A stretch of DNA of 63,092 nucleotides, the filler included, from Octopus bimaculoides (Eukaryota), in assembly GCF_001194135.2 (NCBI RefSeq). It is 7 parts of 7 records of this genome, joined end to end, with 100 filler letters (N's around TTAATTAATTAA, not from the genome) between each part and the next. Parts side by side here need not be neighbours in the genome. Positions count along the whole stretch, not along the records: positions 1 to 25,262 come from NC_068982.1; 6 more parts are not named here. One strand, given 5' to 3'. Positions 11,669 through 23,481 of this stretch are shown in pieces. How positions within the stretch are numbered: the first letter of the stretch is position 1; each line of letters starts with the position of its first letter. A model generated the notes under the pieces. That model had not been told where the DNA came from. It saw only the letters and a program-made list of their open reading frames with translations, and searched no databases. Both the position numbers and the translations under genes were made by a program.

Positions 11669-13712
11669 TTCAATAGATTGCTTTAAAATGATGTTTACAA
11701 ATTTCTGTTTTTCTAGGAATGTCGATTTACCCAGTTATTGCATCCAAGCAATTCAGAAGATAGTTCAAATTGAGCTTTATAAAATGCATCAAAACAAACA
11801 AATGCAGCTTCTAAAATGAAATGTTACTCTTTCGTTTTTGCTGTTTTCAAAATATTGCTTTTTTTACTGAATACTGTTCTAATCAGTTAACTTTTTTCTC
11901 GGCATCTATTTTAGTACTTCTGCGTATATAATGCTCGTTTGTTTTTTCCTAAAGGAGCTTAAAGGAAAACAGGAATCAGAAAAACGATAACATCACACAG
12001 CCTGTTACCTTCTCCGCGAAAAATATCTACATACTTGTTCTCGTAAAGTAATATCTTCTTTTAATTATATTTTGCTAATGTATTATTTTCGTTGTATTTT
12101 TAATCATGTGTTCATATTTCATAAGGAACTTCGAGTTAAGCAAATTTAACTTTGTATTAAACTAGGAATTAGAAAAGCCACAATTATCTCTCTCACTTCT
12201 GAGACATTTACCTGGATAATTCTTATGGCATATTTTATCATACTCGGAAGCATAAAGAGCTTAAAACACATACTTATACAAAACATAACACTCTGTTTCT
12301 TTCGATTTAATTCTAAAAGTTAATTATTTTCACAACGCGAGAAAATAATTAGTTCTTGATAAAGCTTTTGGCCATGGAAAATATATCTTATTTTATGCAA
12401 GTATTTAAATAGGATACTCCGTTTTTCTGTAATAGAAATGTTAATGGAAAAGAAACCTGTATTATCAGTTAGAAGATGAATATTTATAATAGGATTTAAA
12501 TATAAAGTATATATTCATAAATCTTTAAAATGTTTTTCAACAGCTAAATCTTTCAGATATCTCCATATTTAATTGATAACCAAGCAAAATGTGTTGTTTG
12601 CTAAATGTTACATGATTTCGGCGGTGAACCTAAACGTGATTTTTGTTTTTATTTTTCCACAGGATAATTAGCATAATATTTAGGTTTGTATAACATAATG
12701 AAAGGGCGGTAGATAGGCAGAAATCTCAGACTTGCTGACAATTGACTACATTTAAAAGCATTAATCTGTGTGATATTGAAGGTGCGTGGTGTAGTGGTTA
12801 GCGTGTTACACTTGTGATTGTAAAGCTGTGGATTCGATTCTTTACTACACCAAGGATATTTTTTATCTGCACGCAAAACTACATAGATACTTGAAGAAAC
12901 TAGCGAAAACGTTGAACAAGCTTGCGAGTGAAGGTGCGTGGTTAGAGTGTTACACTCGTTATTGTAAAACTGTTAATTAGATTCTTACAGAATTTGAGCT
13001 CAGAACGTAAGGATGGACGAAATGCTGCTAAGCATTATGTCCGGCGCGCTAACTATTCTGCTAGCTCGCCGCCTTAAGACGTGAATATATAATGATAAGA
13101 TAAACAGTGAACAGTATATTCCTACATTTCTACTCAAACTTATCCACGTTCAATATCAAGAATATATTTTGATTAATTGATTAATCCATTCATTAGTTAA
13201 TACCAATTAAACTTTTAAAAAATCCAAATGTGAAACTGAGTTTCTTCTGAGGGGCTTTTAATGCGGAAATACCAGTTTTTGAATAGCAGCCTTTTGAGAA
13301 TTCGTTTTGCGCAGTTGTGATAGTTCTTTATTAGTACTCTTTATATTTCTTTTGTTCTTTTATCTGTTTCACTTATTGGACTACGGTCATGCTTGGGCAA
13401 CGCCTTGAATGGTTTGGTCGACCTATACGGCTTCAATTCTTATTTTTAAGCATGCACATACATATACATATATACATTTATATAGGCAGAGATACATACA
13501 TTCATACATACATCCATACCGGGATAACTTCATACGTCAGTCCATAAATCTGTTCGTCCGTTCATCCATTCATCCATCCATCCATCTATCCATCCATCCA
13601 TCCATCTGTCCATCTTTCCATCCAATCATACATATATACATACATACATACATACAGTTATACACACGCGCATACACACATGCACACATGCACACATACA
13701 CACATACATACA

Positions 13713-13724
13713 TAGTAGTAGTAA

Positions 13725-13781
<57 letters not shown>

Positions 13782-14780
13782 GCATCCGTTGGTCTCGAGA
13801 GACCATGGATCAGCGCCCGAAGAAAGTGTGTCAGCTGCTGATAGTGGTTCAGTGTTTGCTGTGCCTGTAGAGGCCCACGGGAGTGACAGTCACGCATATA
13901 GCGGCTGAATTTAAAGGAGCTCTCTATTTGCGATACTGGATTTTCCTTTCATCGAGTGTACTTTTCTTTGGTGGCAAGTTTCTGTTTCTCTTCTCACTTC
14001 ATCCTTTTTCACAATATATGTCTCCAGCATGGGTGAGCATTCGCGACCTCCTCCCATCTCAGGACGACCAGATATATTGACTTCATATCTTTCTTGCAGC
14101 CGTCCTCGAAACGAAGATAAAGTTATCCATGTGCTTTTTGGGGAATTCTCCCATCCGGTATGCGATGTATGTGACCGAACCAGCATAGACGGTGTTGCTG
14201 GAGCAGGGTGAATACACTAGGCATCTTGGCGTGGTTGAGGACTTCGGTGTTGGTGATGCGGACGGTCCACTTAATATCCAAGATACTTCTCGAATTACGA
14301 AGGTAGAAGACGTTGAGATGCCGCTTCTGTCTGGAGTAGAGGTTCCATGTCTCACTACCGTAAAGTAGTGTACTGACGACGCACGCCTTGTAGACAGTAA
14401 TCTTGGTGTTTGCGGCCAGCTTTTTGTTTTCCCAGAGTCTATTTGTGAGCCTGGAAAATGTGAAGGACGTTCGTCCAATTCTCCTGCTAATCTCAGGGTC
14501 CAGGGAGAGGTCATCGTTTGAGATTGCAGCAAACCAGAGAGTGGTTTGTGTCACAGTCAGCGCTCTGAAAAGACCGAGTCAAGAGCACATTCCTCAGGTG
14601 GTTGCGTCTTGTGACGATCAGATCTAGCTGGTGCAAGTGCCCTTAGCGAGGGTGACGCCAAGAGGCTCTGTATTGAGATTTGGCCTGGAAGTAGGTGTTA
14701 GTGACACATTGTCTATGGTTCATACAAAGATTAAGCAGCCGTTTCCATTCATGTTGTCAACCTCGTACCGACCCAGAATC
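13713..14780 (-). mobile_element. Internally deleted RTE (BovB-like) LINE: APE endonuclease C-terminus fused to the RT C-terminus, zinc-finger-like end and (TAC)n tail
   Basis: 14780->14527 reads, allowing for a frameshift, ...LLNLCMNH.QCVTNTYFQAK...SWRHPR.GHLHQLDLIVTRRNHLRNVLLTRSFQSADCDTNHSLVCC (endonuclease). It is followed directly by ISNDDLSLDPEISRRIG...KACVVSTLLYGSETW...RLCWFGHIHRIPDGRIP (RT C-terminus), then RDCHSR(V)GLYRH and ...cggatgcc(TAC)n. Confidence 0.9.
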
Positions 14781-16067
14781 ATACATACATACATACATAC
14801 ATACATACATACATACATACCTACACACATTTCGATTTTCCATAGGGCGCTGCGGTGGTACTAAGCTCAAAACCATTTGGTTGCAAAACGAACATATTTC
14901 TTAGACAAACACACCAGCGTCTCTCTTAGCAAGAATTTAATATACACGGAGAATGGGGAAAACTGTTCATTGAAATATGCATTAAAACCATGACTGTGTT
15001 CTAAACTCCAACTGTTGAATGTTATTACCAACAAAACTTCAACTGCTGTCTATGAAATAGTCTCATCTCACATACTGTTCCATCGCTAATAATGAATTCT
15101 TACCGAGCCTTTTGGCTACATGCAACACCATTGATTTGTTAATGATTATTTTCTATATCAGTAGAGGTTAAATTTGTTTAATTGTGCGATTGCTAGTGGA
15201 TACTTCTACTGATGATGCTCAACGAAACAAAAATCTCGGGTCTAGTAATTTCATCGCCGCTGTTGGACACTTTTCGTCTACTACTGATACGCATCCGTGC
15301 TTTTTAGCACTATACATCTATACGAGATGCTTTCTCGAGACGAATGCCACAGTTTCTAGTTTCATTCAATATATTGACGTTAAGTAAGATATACAGTATG
15401 GTAAATGTCGTTTTGTTACAAATCTGAGCTTTCGGTAAAAACAATGTTCCGTTGATATTGTTTCTTTTTATTTTCCATCATTGTCAATTCTCTGTAAAAT
15501 ATTGCAGACATTAATTTTTAAGGTGATTGCACTTTACTCAGATTGGTGCTAGAAGATTATTGGCTTGTAAGTAGATACTGCTCAATTGTTCTCTAACCGG
15601 CTGTAACTAGCTGATATTCTTGTGACAATGTGTTCAGTAAATTATAAATACTTTCTATTGAATAGTTTATAAGTTACTTCCAAGAAAAGGTATTTCGCTC
15701 TTAAATAAAATCATATAACTTGGTACTTTAGGTATAACTCAAACACATTCTATTAATGTCATTGCTTTCTTTCGATGTATAAACCGGATAAGTTGGTGTG
15801 ATACATATAAGGCCTTTTAAACAAGCTTTCTATGGATCTGATGTAGTTTTATTATTTTCGATTGCTTGCATTAGTGTGATAAATAACATTCTTTCTCAAA
15901 CACTTGACTTTCAATCAAGTGTTTAAGAAATTGTTTAAGGCAATACCATTTATTCAGTTAACTTTTCTTTTATTGAGCAACTTCAAACGTTTTGAAAATA
16001 CACTGGTATTTTGTAAATTAAAATGAATGTAAAATTTGGTATTATATGATATTTTAGATATACTATT

Positions 16068-16304
16068 TTACTCTTTTACTCGCTGGGATGCCATCTTGAA
16101 GGATTTTGACGATCAACCCAACCCCAGAACTCACATTTTTAAGTCTCGTATAATAAAGTTTGTTACTTATTCTAGCGTTGGCTTATACTGAAGTGCTAAC
16201 TTATTGGGGTGGTTAACACCGATTTTATGCATGTTTGAGTCGTTTTCATGCAGAAATACGGACGTGCATACGTTCATATGAACACAGGCACTCATGTATT
16301 TGCA

Positions 16305-16342
<38 letters not shown>

Positions 16343-16460
16343 NNNNNNNNNNNNNNNNNNNNNNNNNNNNNNNNNNNNNNNNNATATACACGTTTATGTA
16401 TATGACGGTCTTCTACGCAGTTTCCATCTGTCAAATTCACTCGCAAGGCATTGATCAGTT
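16068..16460 (-). mobile_element. Degenerate SINE family A containing a (TA)n-associated gap
   Basis: The tail 'ttttactcttttact' and the head-side 'cagtttccatctgtcaaattcactcgcaaggc' flank the microsatellite and gap. Confidence 0.65.
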
Positions 16461-16664
16461 TCCTTGTTCGAGTAACAACGTTGTGCATACATTTCTAGTT
16501 AGTAACGAACATTTCCTTCATTGCTGATTACCGATGTCACTGGATTTATTTTGTATATTTAATTGTAGAAATATAATATCTTCCATAGCGAAACGAAACA
16601 GGAATATATTTTACATTTTACCCAACTTCTCATAAGCTTCAGGTGTTTTGATATTGATTTCAAA

Positions 16665-16848
16665 TTTTGGGGCAAGGCCAGCAATTTCGGGCGAAGGGAT
16701 AAGTTGGTTACATTGACTCCAGTGCTCAACTAGTACTTGTTTTATCAAGCTCGAAAGGATGTAAAGCAAAGTCAAAATTTGAACTCAGACGGATGTAATG
16801 TCGCTAAGCATTTTGCCCAGCGTGGGAACGATTCTGTCTGCTCGCGGT
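16665..16848 (-). mobile_element. SINE family B
   Basis: Contains ggggcaaggccagcaatttcgg...gctaagcattttgccc. Confidence 0.8.
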
Positions 16849-17148
16849 CTTAGGTATTTTAATATTAGTTATTTTTAAATTGGTTCAACTGATGTAGCTT
16901 AATGTATCTATAATGATTTCCTTTGCCAATGCACAAATTGAATAGGTGAGGAGGTGCCTATAACTGAGTCGACTTTACCAGTATTACTGATGTAAAGAAA
17001 TGAGCATTTGTGTAGTGATTCTTTTCATCCTTCGTATCATCACCACCGACAAGAAGAATTCTAATAGCTCTTGGCAAAATGTCGACTTCGGCGGAAAGTG
17101 AACACAGCTCAACGAACCCCAAAATTAGTACATTATAAACATATTTGT

Positions 17149-17313
17149 ATAGGCGCAGGAGTAGCTATGTGGTAAGTAGCTTCCTTACCAACCACATGAT
17201 TCCGAGTTCAGTCCTACTGCGTGGCACCTTGGGCAAGTGTCTTCTACTTTAGCCTCGGGTCGACCAAAGCCTTGTGAGTGAATTTGGTAGACGGAAACTG
17301 AAAGAAACCCGTC

Positions 17314-17365
<52 letters not shown>

Positions 17366-17590
17366 GCATGCTTGTGTGTTTATGTGTCTGTGTTTGTCCC
17401 CCCGACATCGCTTGACAACCGATGCTCGTTTGTTTACGTCCACGTAACTTTGCGGTTCGACAAAAGAGATTTATAGAATAAGTGCTAGGCTTACAAAGAA
17501 TAAGTCCCGGGATCGATTTGCTCAACTAAAGGCAGTGTTCCAGCATGGCCGCAGTTAAATGCCTGAAACAAGTAGAAGAATAAAAGAATA
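17149..17590 (+). mobile_element. SINE family A, full length
   Basis: ggcgcaggagtagctatgtggtaag...gcaccttgggcaagtgtcttc...(TA)n...cagcatggccgcagttaaatgcctgaaacaagta. Confidence 0.9.
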
Positions 17591-17954
17591 CTTGTATAGC
17601 TATAAATTTTACTCTATACATTTTTAGTGTTCTGTAAATCCTTTAATTTCAATATAGCATAGTTCAGTAGTGTTCAGAAAGGCAGTTTCCCCTGATGCAA
17701 CAATTGTTCCTGTGTTAATTGTGTACCTAGTGTGTGGGAAGTGGCCGTGAAGGAAAAATAATTGCAGCTGCTGCTATACTGCTATTACTGACGAAGGTGT
17801 TCTTTTTAATGATTTGGTTGGAAGAAGAGGAGAAGCGTTGATTAGTTTGGTGATATTCTCAGAGTTATGAAATTGATGTGGCTGGTATCCATCTATCGTC
17901 CAGTCATCTATCCATCATCTCTGTTCGCTATCGTCGGATGGATGGTGGGGTTAG

Positions 17955-18290
17955 ATCCTATCGAAAGCAACCACCATTAGACTTTCTGGCTGAACTCCAA
18001 AGCTTGACCAACCGAGACTGTGGATATTATCCAACCATCTCGTTCTCAGTTTTCCCTTTACGTCTCTTAACAGTTTGTTCGGCTTCAAGAATCAATTTTG
18101 TGATCCTTTTCGCCGATATTCTAATCACATGTCCGTAGTACTGGATCTGTGATATCTTAATTTGGAGAAATAGCGGATCAACCTGAAGAGATATCCTGAT
18201 CTTCAACTATGCAGCCTGTCGAGTAACGTTAGTCTAGAGATCCTTCGGAGGGACCTAATTTCGGCCGCTTGTCTGTGGTTGGTATTTAGC
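17955..18290 (-). mobile_element. RTE-clade LINE 3' fragment (Rex3/Expander-like), a different family from 13.7 kb
   Basis: Reverse translation: AAEIRSLRRISRLTLLDRL...LQVDPLFLQI...QYYGHVIRI...RTRWLDNIHSLGWSSFGVQPE. Confidence 0.8.
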
Positions 18291-18560
18291 TTGAATTTAC
18301 TTAATAGCAGTAGGAAAAATATTATCAGAGAGACAATTCTAGAAAACGGACAGAAGTAAGAACTTTGAGCTGTATAGGATAGGTGAACGCACAACAGAAC
18401 TGGAAAACGAAAGAGAAGTAGATATATAGGGAGATATAGATAATATGTGATACACAGTTCGTTATTTCAGAGTAGCAGCAAACGAAGTAATAAAGATAGA
18501 AAGGCTAAAAATCTTGCGTTTATAATAAAAAATAAGAAACCACGCATATGTGAACACATC

Positions 18561-18826
18561 TTTAACCTTGCGCGCGTAAGCGAAGCAGGGTTATTATAGT
18601 GGCTCGTCTTTGTCTGTGTGTCTGTATTTGTAAAATTACTGGAAAACAGCTAAACGGATTTTCACCAAATTTGGCAGAAATGCTCATTGGGTAAGTGGCT
18701 CGAACTAATTGAATTTAGGTTTGATTATCTTCAAAACTGGCGGACTGGTGAATCAAAATGTTCTTTTTCTATTACATATGCATAAACGATAAGCAGGGAG
18801 AAATGACTCTTGATGTAATTTTTGTT
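18561..18826 (+). mobile_element. Putative HINE/DINE-1-like non-autonomous Helentron
   Basis: Starts tttaaccttgcgcgcgtaagcgaagcagggttat (5' hairpin), followed by a gtct microsatellite and 'acggattttcaccaaatttggcag'. Architecture resembles 56037-56411. Confidence 0.5.
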
Positions 18827-19751
18827 GAAATACGAATTCGTCTGAGAATATATTTATTAAAGTAAATTTTATTTGATTCCTGTGTGTGCGCAGGATATAC
18901 ATCGCCACTCCAAAGCTTTTACTTTTTTCATTAACGTTGTTGTTGGCTAAGTCGGAGGTCAGCTATTACTAAAAGGACTTTTGATCAAAGGAGTCACTGT
19001 CATGATCTTGCCGTCTTCTTTCAATCATTGTGCGTGTAGGTCTATATTAACCAATGTGTACTTCCCTTTTAAGACGTTAAGATGTAAGTTGGGTGAGATT
19101 TAGATGCTATTTCTAGAGATAAATATAAGTTAGATCGATAATGAAGCTACTTCACGAAAATACTTTCATCACTACATATTTTAAACAAACATCTAAATGC
19201 GGATTTTTTTCTTCTGAGAAGAGATGAGATTAAACACTCTTGTCTCTATCTTCCCTGATTTCAAATACCATCAGAATACGTTTTTATTTTCATCGTCACG
19301 AGATTGAAATATTTGCTAAGAAAGAGCTGAGATCGATTCGAATGCCTGTTCTCCTATCTATAAAATTCTTCTTTTGTGTGAGAAAATATTATATGAATAA
19401 TTTATAAATCTACAACTCTTCGTTCATTGTTTTCGCAATTGCGTCTCAATGGACTTTTTGTAGTAGGTGGGAAATATATCAAGCTTTTTCAACTTGAATA
19501 TATCACCTCTTCTACAAAATTACCCTTCATGTTTAGTTAAGAGAAATTTTGTATGAATAAAAAAATATTTAAACATTAGTACGTCTTCCCTTTTTATGTC
19601 TTTTTTTTATATGTGTGGTGTGTTATGTTAATGTGTTGAATAATTAATAAATTAAAGAATTATCTTTAAAATTGTTTATTAATAACACAAACCGTTTTTA
19701 ATATACAGTTTGTTATAGGCATGCGATCTGTATGTGAATCAAGAAGTAATC

Positions 19752-19963
19752 CTTTCTACAATAGATAAGTGGCCTAATTTGGGAGGCGACGAGTAAGTCG
19801 ATTACATCGATCCCAGTGTGCAACTGGTATTTATTTCATCGACCCCGAAAGAATGAAAGACAAAGTTGACCTAAGCGGAATTTGAACTCAGAACGTAAAG
19901 ACGGATGAAATGATGCTAAGCATTTTGCCAGGCGTGTTAACGATTCTGTCACCTCACCGCCTT
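19752..19963 (-). mobile_element. SINE family B
   Basis: Runs from the tail (ctttctacaatagataag.ggcc) to the head (cacctcaccgcc). Confidence 0.85.
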
Positions 19964-20339
19964 AATACAAATCAAGAAATATTGAATTGTCTAGAATAAG
20001 AACTGCAATGTTTCTTGTAAAATAAAACATAGTCGACGGCTACAACTGGAATAATCTCTAAGAAAGAAGGCTGAATGACGAAAACTATTTTTCTAAACGT
20101 GGGTCTGGAGACATAGAGCCTCTTTTCACAAAATAAAGGAATTTTTCCACCGAGTTGAACCCTTAAGTTTTTATAAGCCCGCCAAAACTATAGAATATTC
20201 CCTAAGGAGTTAAGTGCAAAGTCAATCATGTGACCTTGCTTTGATCTTGGGTGAATCCAGGTAACTTTATGTTTCATCTTATGATGAAAGAAAGTATTCC
20301 CAACAATTAACCCTAGCTCAGAGCACATTTGTAGCAGAT

Positions 20340-22117
20340 GCAGCCCATTGTTGTTCACCTCGCCCAGGCCATGGTGGACACCATTACAAGTTTCATCTGA
20401 AAGAAAAGGTGACCAGGACCACGACGAACAACAGCAAAAACTTTGTCAAGGCATTTATGCAGTTTGGTACAGAAGCTGAACTCTTGCCAGACGTTCCTGA
20501 GGCTACTGCCGATCTGGACGCCGAGGATGTGGACCTGGACGCGGACCCCGAGGCTGGGGATGTGGACGAAGTTGAATACATCTCTGTTGATGCCGTTCTT
20601 GACGATTCTAGTCGCCTGGGCCGCAACCTGACAGTGCACATGAAGTGCGCTGCCCATACCTTCAACTGGTAGCCTGCGTGGATGCCGATAAAGCTCTTGA
20701 TGCGCTTCGTTCAAGTCGACCTACAAGAATGCCATGTCCAAGGCACAACGGCTGTGGAATCTGCAGAGCCACAGCACGGTGGCGGCAGACAACATTCTGG
20801 ACGCATTGAAGAGGAGGCAGGTGATTCCCAACAGTACCAGATGGAACTCTACCTATGACTCTCTTGTTCTTAACAACTTGCTGGAGAAGAATAGTGGAGC
20901 TATCCGTAGGGTGATGACACAGCTGAAGCTGCAGACCTTCACTGATTCTGACGTCAGCTTCCTGACGGAGTACGCCCAGGTGATGTCTAATGTTGATAAA
21001 ATCCAGTAGGAGGACCAGGCCTATCTCGGGAGCCTTCTGCTAACTGTAGCGACTATCGTCATAAAGTTGAATGAGGCCAAGTTCAAACGTCTCCTGTACT
21101 GCAGTCCTCTAGCAGACGCGATACTTGCAGGCATCATAAAAAGGTTTGGACTCTCCCTAGAAAACCTGGAGTGCCAGCTGGCCGTTGCCTTCTACCCCAA
21201 GTTTTGCCTGTTCTGGCTGGAGCCGTATAATATCAACCAGGTTAGCAGAGTAACGAACGCCATGGAGACCGTCGTTGAGACAGCCCTAATGGAGACCAAT
21301 GAGGAAGGCAACAACACCACCAGAAATGAGGATGAAGAAGATGATTACTTCAGCAACACCACTCGGTTTCAGGAGAGCAGGAGCCACAGAACACTGAAGT
21401 CCAAAGGGCAGAACTTGAGGAAGACCTGGTTGGAGGCCATCTTGAAGGAGGTCCTGACTGAAGCCGCCTTTTTGGGTGAGCAGGTCTTGATCGACTTATT
21501 CACCAAGTATAACACCGTCATTCTATCCACTGCTGCAGTTGAGCGCCTATTCTCTATAGGCAAATATATTTTGAGGGCCAAGAGAGCCATCCTGTCAGAT
21601 GGTAACTCTAAGAGAGAGATATTTATGAAGGGCAACCAGCATCACGTCGAGGTAATGGAGAAGGCCCAGCCAGAGTAGTATACCTTGGTCATCATCTGAT
21701 CTTGGCATCATACCTATGCTACACTATACTTTTTTGATTCGTTTAATACTTTTGTACAGTAAATAAAGTGTATGCTGACTGAAAATCTAGTGTTTAATTT
21801 CATTTGTTCATTTAATTATTTACATACACCTAGACCGTTATCTGATTTTCACATGCTATACCTTTTTGGAAAGCTCTATGTCTAAGCTACAACGTGAAAA
21901 TTTCAACTCTTTAGGTCTGTTTTTAAGGGGTTTAGAGCCAAAAAGACCAAACCGAAGCTAAATTCATATGACAAAAGTTAGCGGCCATCAGTTAGCGTTA
22001 GCTTCCACTAATTTGTTTTTACCTGTTTAGAAGATTAGCGTTTGCGAAGCTAACTATTTTAGTTAGCGGATTAGCGGTTAGCGAAGCTATCATTTTGGTT
22101 AGATGTGCCCACCATTG
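20340..22117 (+). mobile_element. 5'-truncated hAT DNA transposon: disrupted transposase, 3' subterminal repeats and right TIR
   Basis: ORF pieces carry RTTTNNSKNFVKAF (degenerate TTDN), MKCAAHTFN (CxxH), PNSTRWNSTYDS and STAAVERLFS (hAT dimerisation region). A poly(A) signal lies near 21762. GTTAGC/TTAGCG repeats span about 21978-22090. The terminus tgtgcccaccattg at 22104-22117 has reverse complement CAATGGTGGGCACA. Confidence 0.9.
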
Positions 22118-22741
22118 CTTCAGCAATAATTATATGTAAAAAAAATGAATGTTAGCATGTGAATTTGAGCATTATATCAACAACACCGCAATTAATTTCA
22201 AATAATTTATTGGCATTTAAAAAGTATGAGATGTGTTGACAGCTTTACGGAATCATGGGCTTTTAAAATTTTGCCTTAATGAATAAACCAGGGTTCTAGA
22301 CTAACTAATCGTATCTGAAAAAACAAATATCAGAAAACGGCATGACGTCTCATGGCAAGAGTGATCAGGCAGATTTTATAAAACGGAATTTTCTTTCTTA
22401 ATAGGTTTTATATATCATGAGGGTTCATTCTGAAACGAAAAATAAAAATAAAAAGAAGAAAAAGGAACTAAAATTGAAAAATACCAGGTCTCTTTGTAAT
22501 TAACTGCATTTCATTTTTGAAGTTCTGAAGAAGCTATAGAGTGACGCACAAGCACTCAATTCTGACTACTCTACATCCTGTGGCAGAAACAGCTAGCAGT
22601 AACCTATTAAGTTCATTACATAATTTTTTTTCCGTTCCTTTGTCATTTATTTAATTTCATATTACACTCTGTATCTAAAGCATATGTATATTGAGTTCTG
22701 ACATCAGATTATTAGTATCGCTATGCCTAAGGGAAATATTA

Positions 22742-22785
<44 letters not shown>

Positions 22786-23454
22786 TATCAAATATAAAAG
22801 TTCAAAGGAAATAATACATAAAATAAAGTAAATCGTTCATGTATTTTTTCTCTTTTGTTTCTTGTTACCTACAAACTTATTTAAAATATATCAGTAACAC
22901 TAAACACACGCGAACACCATCCACCCATACATACATGATCCACCAGTTAACACACATTTATGAACATATTTTAAATTTAGCTCATTTATCATATAGACAT
23001 TATACATAATTGATTCTGTCTTTAATTTTCCGTACCAATATAATAATCAAGCAATCAATATTATTATTACATCATGTAATATTTTATTCTGATTGTAACC
23101 CCATTCACTCTTGTCTGTGGTGGGGATTTTCTCAGAAACATATTTAGTTTGACACTTGCTCCATCTCTTTCATCTTTAATATTTAATTCACCGATCAAGA
23201 GAGATGAAAGGCTCTGTCCATCTAGATGAGATTTGAGCCACAAAACTATAGACTCGGAACTGGCATAGGATATTAACTTCGCGTAAAAACTGATTAGGCA
23301 TGTATGTATGTATGTATGTATGTATGTATGTATGTATGTATGCACGCATGCATGTACGTATGTATGCGCGTATGTACGTACGTATGTATGTATGTGTGTA
23401 TGTATATATGTAGGTATGTATGTGTGTATGTGTGTATGTATATATATAAGTATG

Positions 23455-23481
23455 TAACCCTAGCCCTAACCCTAACTCTAA
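23455..23481 (-). repeat. Short telomere-like array, (TTAGGG)-type, about 4.5 units
   Basis: Plus strand reads TAACCC TAGCCC TAACCC TAACTC TAA. Confidence 0.8.

Noticed and set aside
20371-20384. ATGGTGGACAC as a possible left TIR of the hAT element
   Set aside because: It lies inside transposase-coding sequence (LAQAMVD.HYKF), and the expected cttcagca TSD is absent. The element is simply 5'-truncated.
23067-23295. Protein-like minus-strand frame (LKSHLDGQSLSSLLIGELNIK) and a possible 30-nt exon
   Set aside because: No recognisable domain, weak splice signals, and the ORF start is supplied by a microsatellite.
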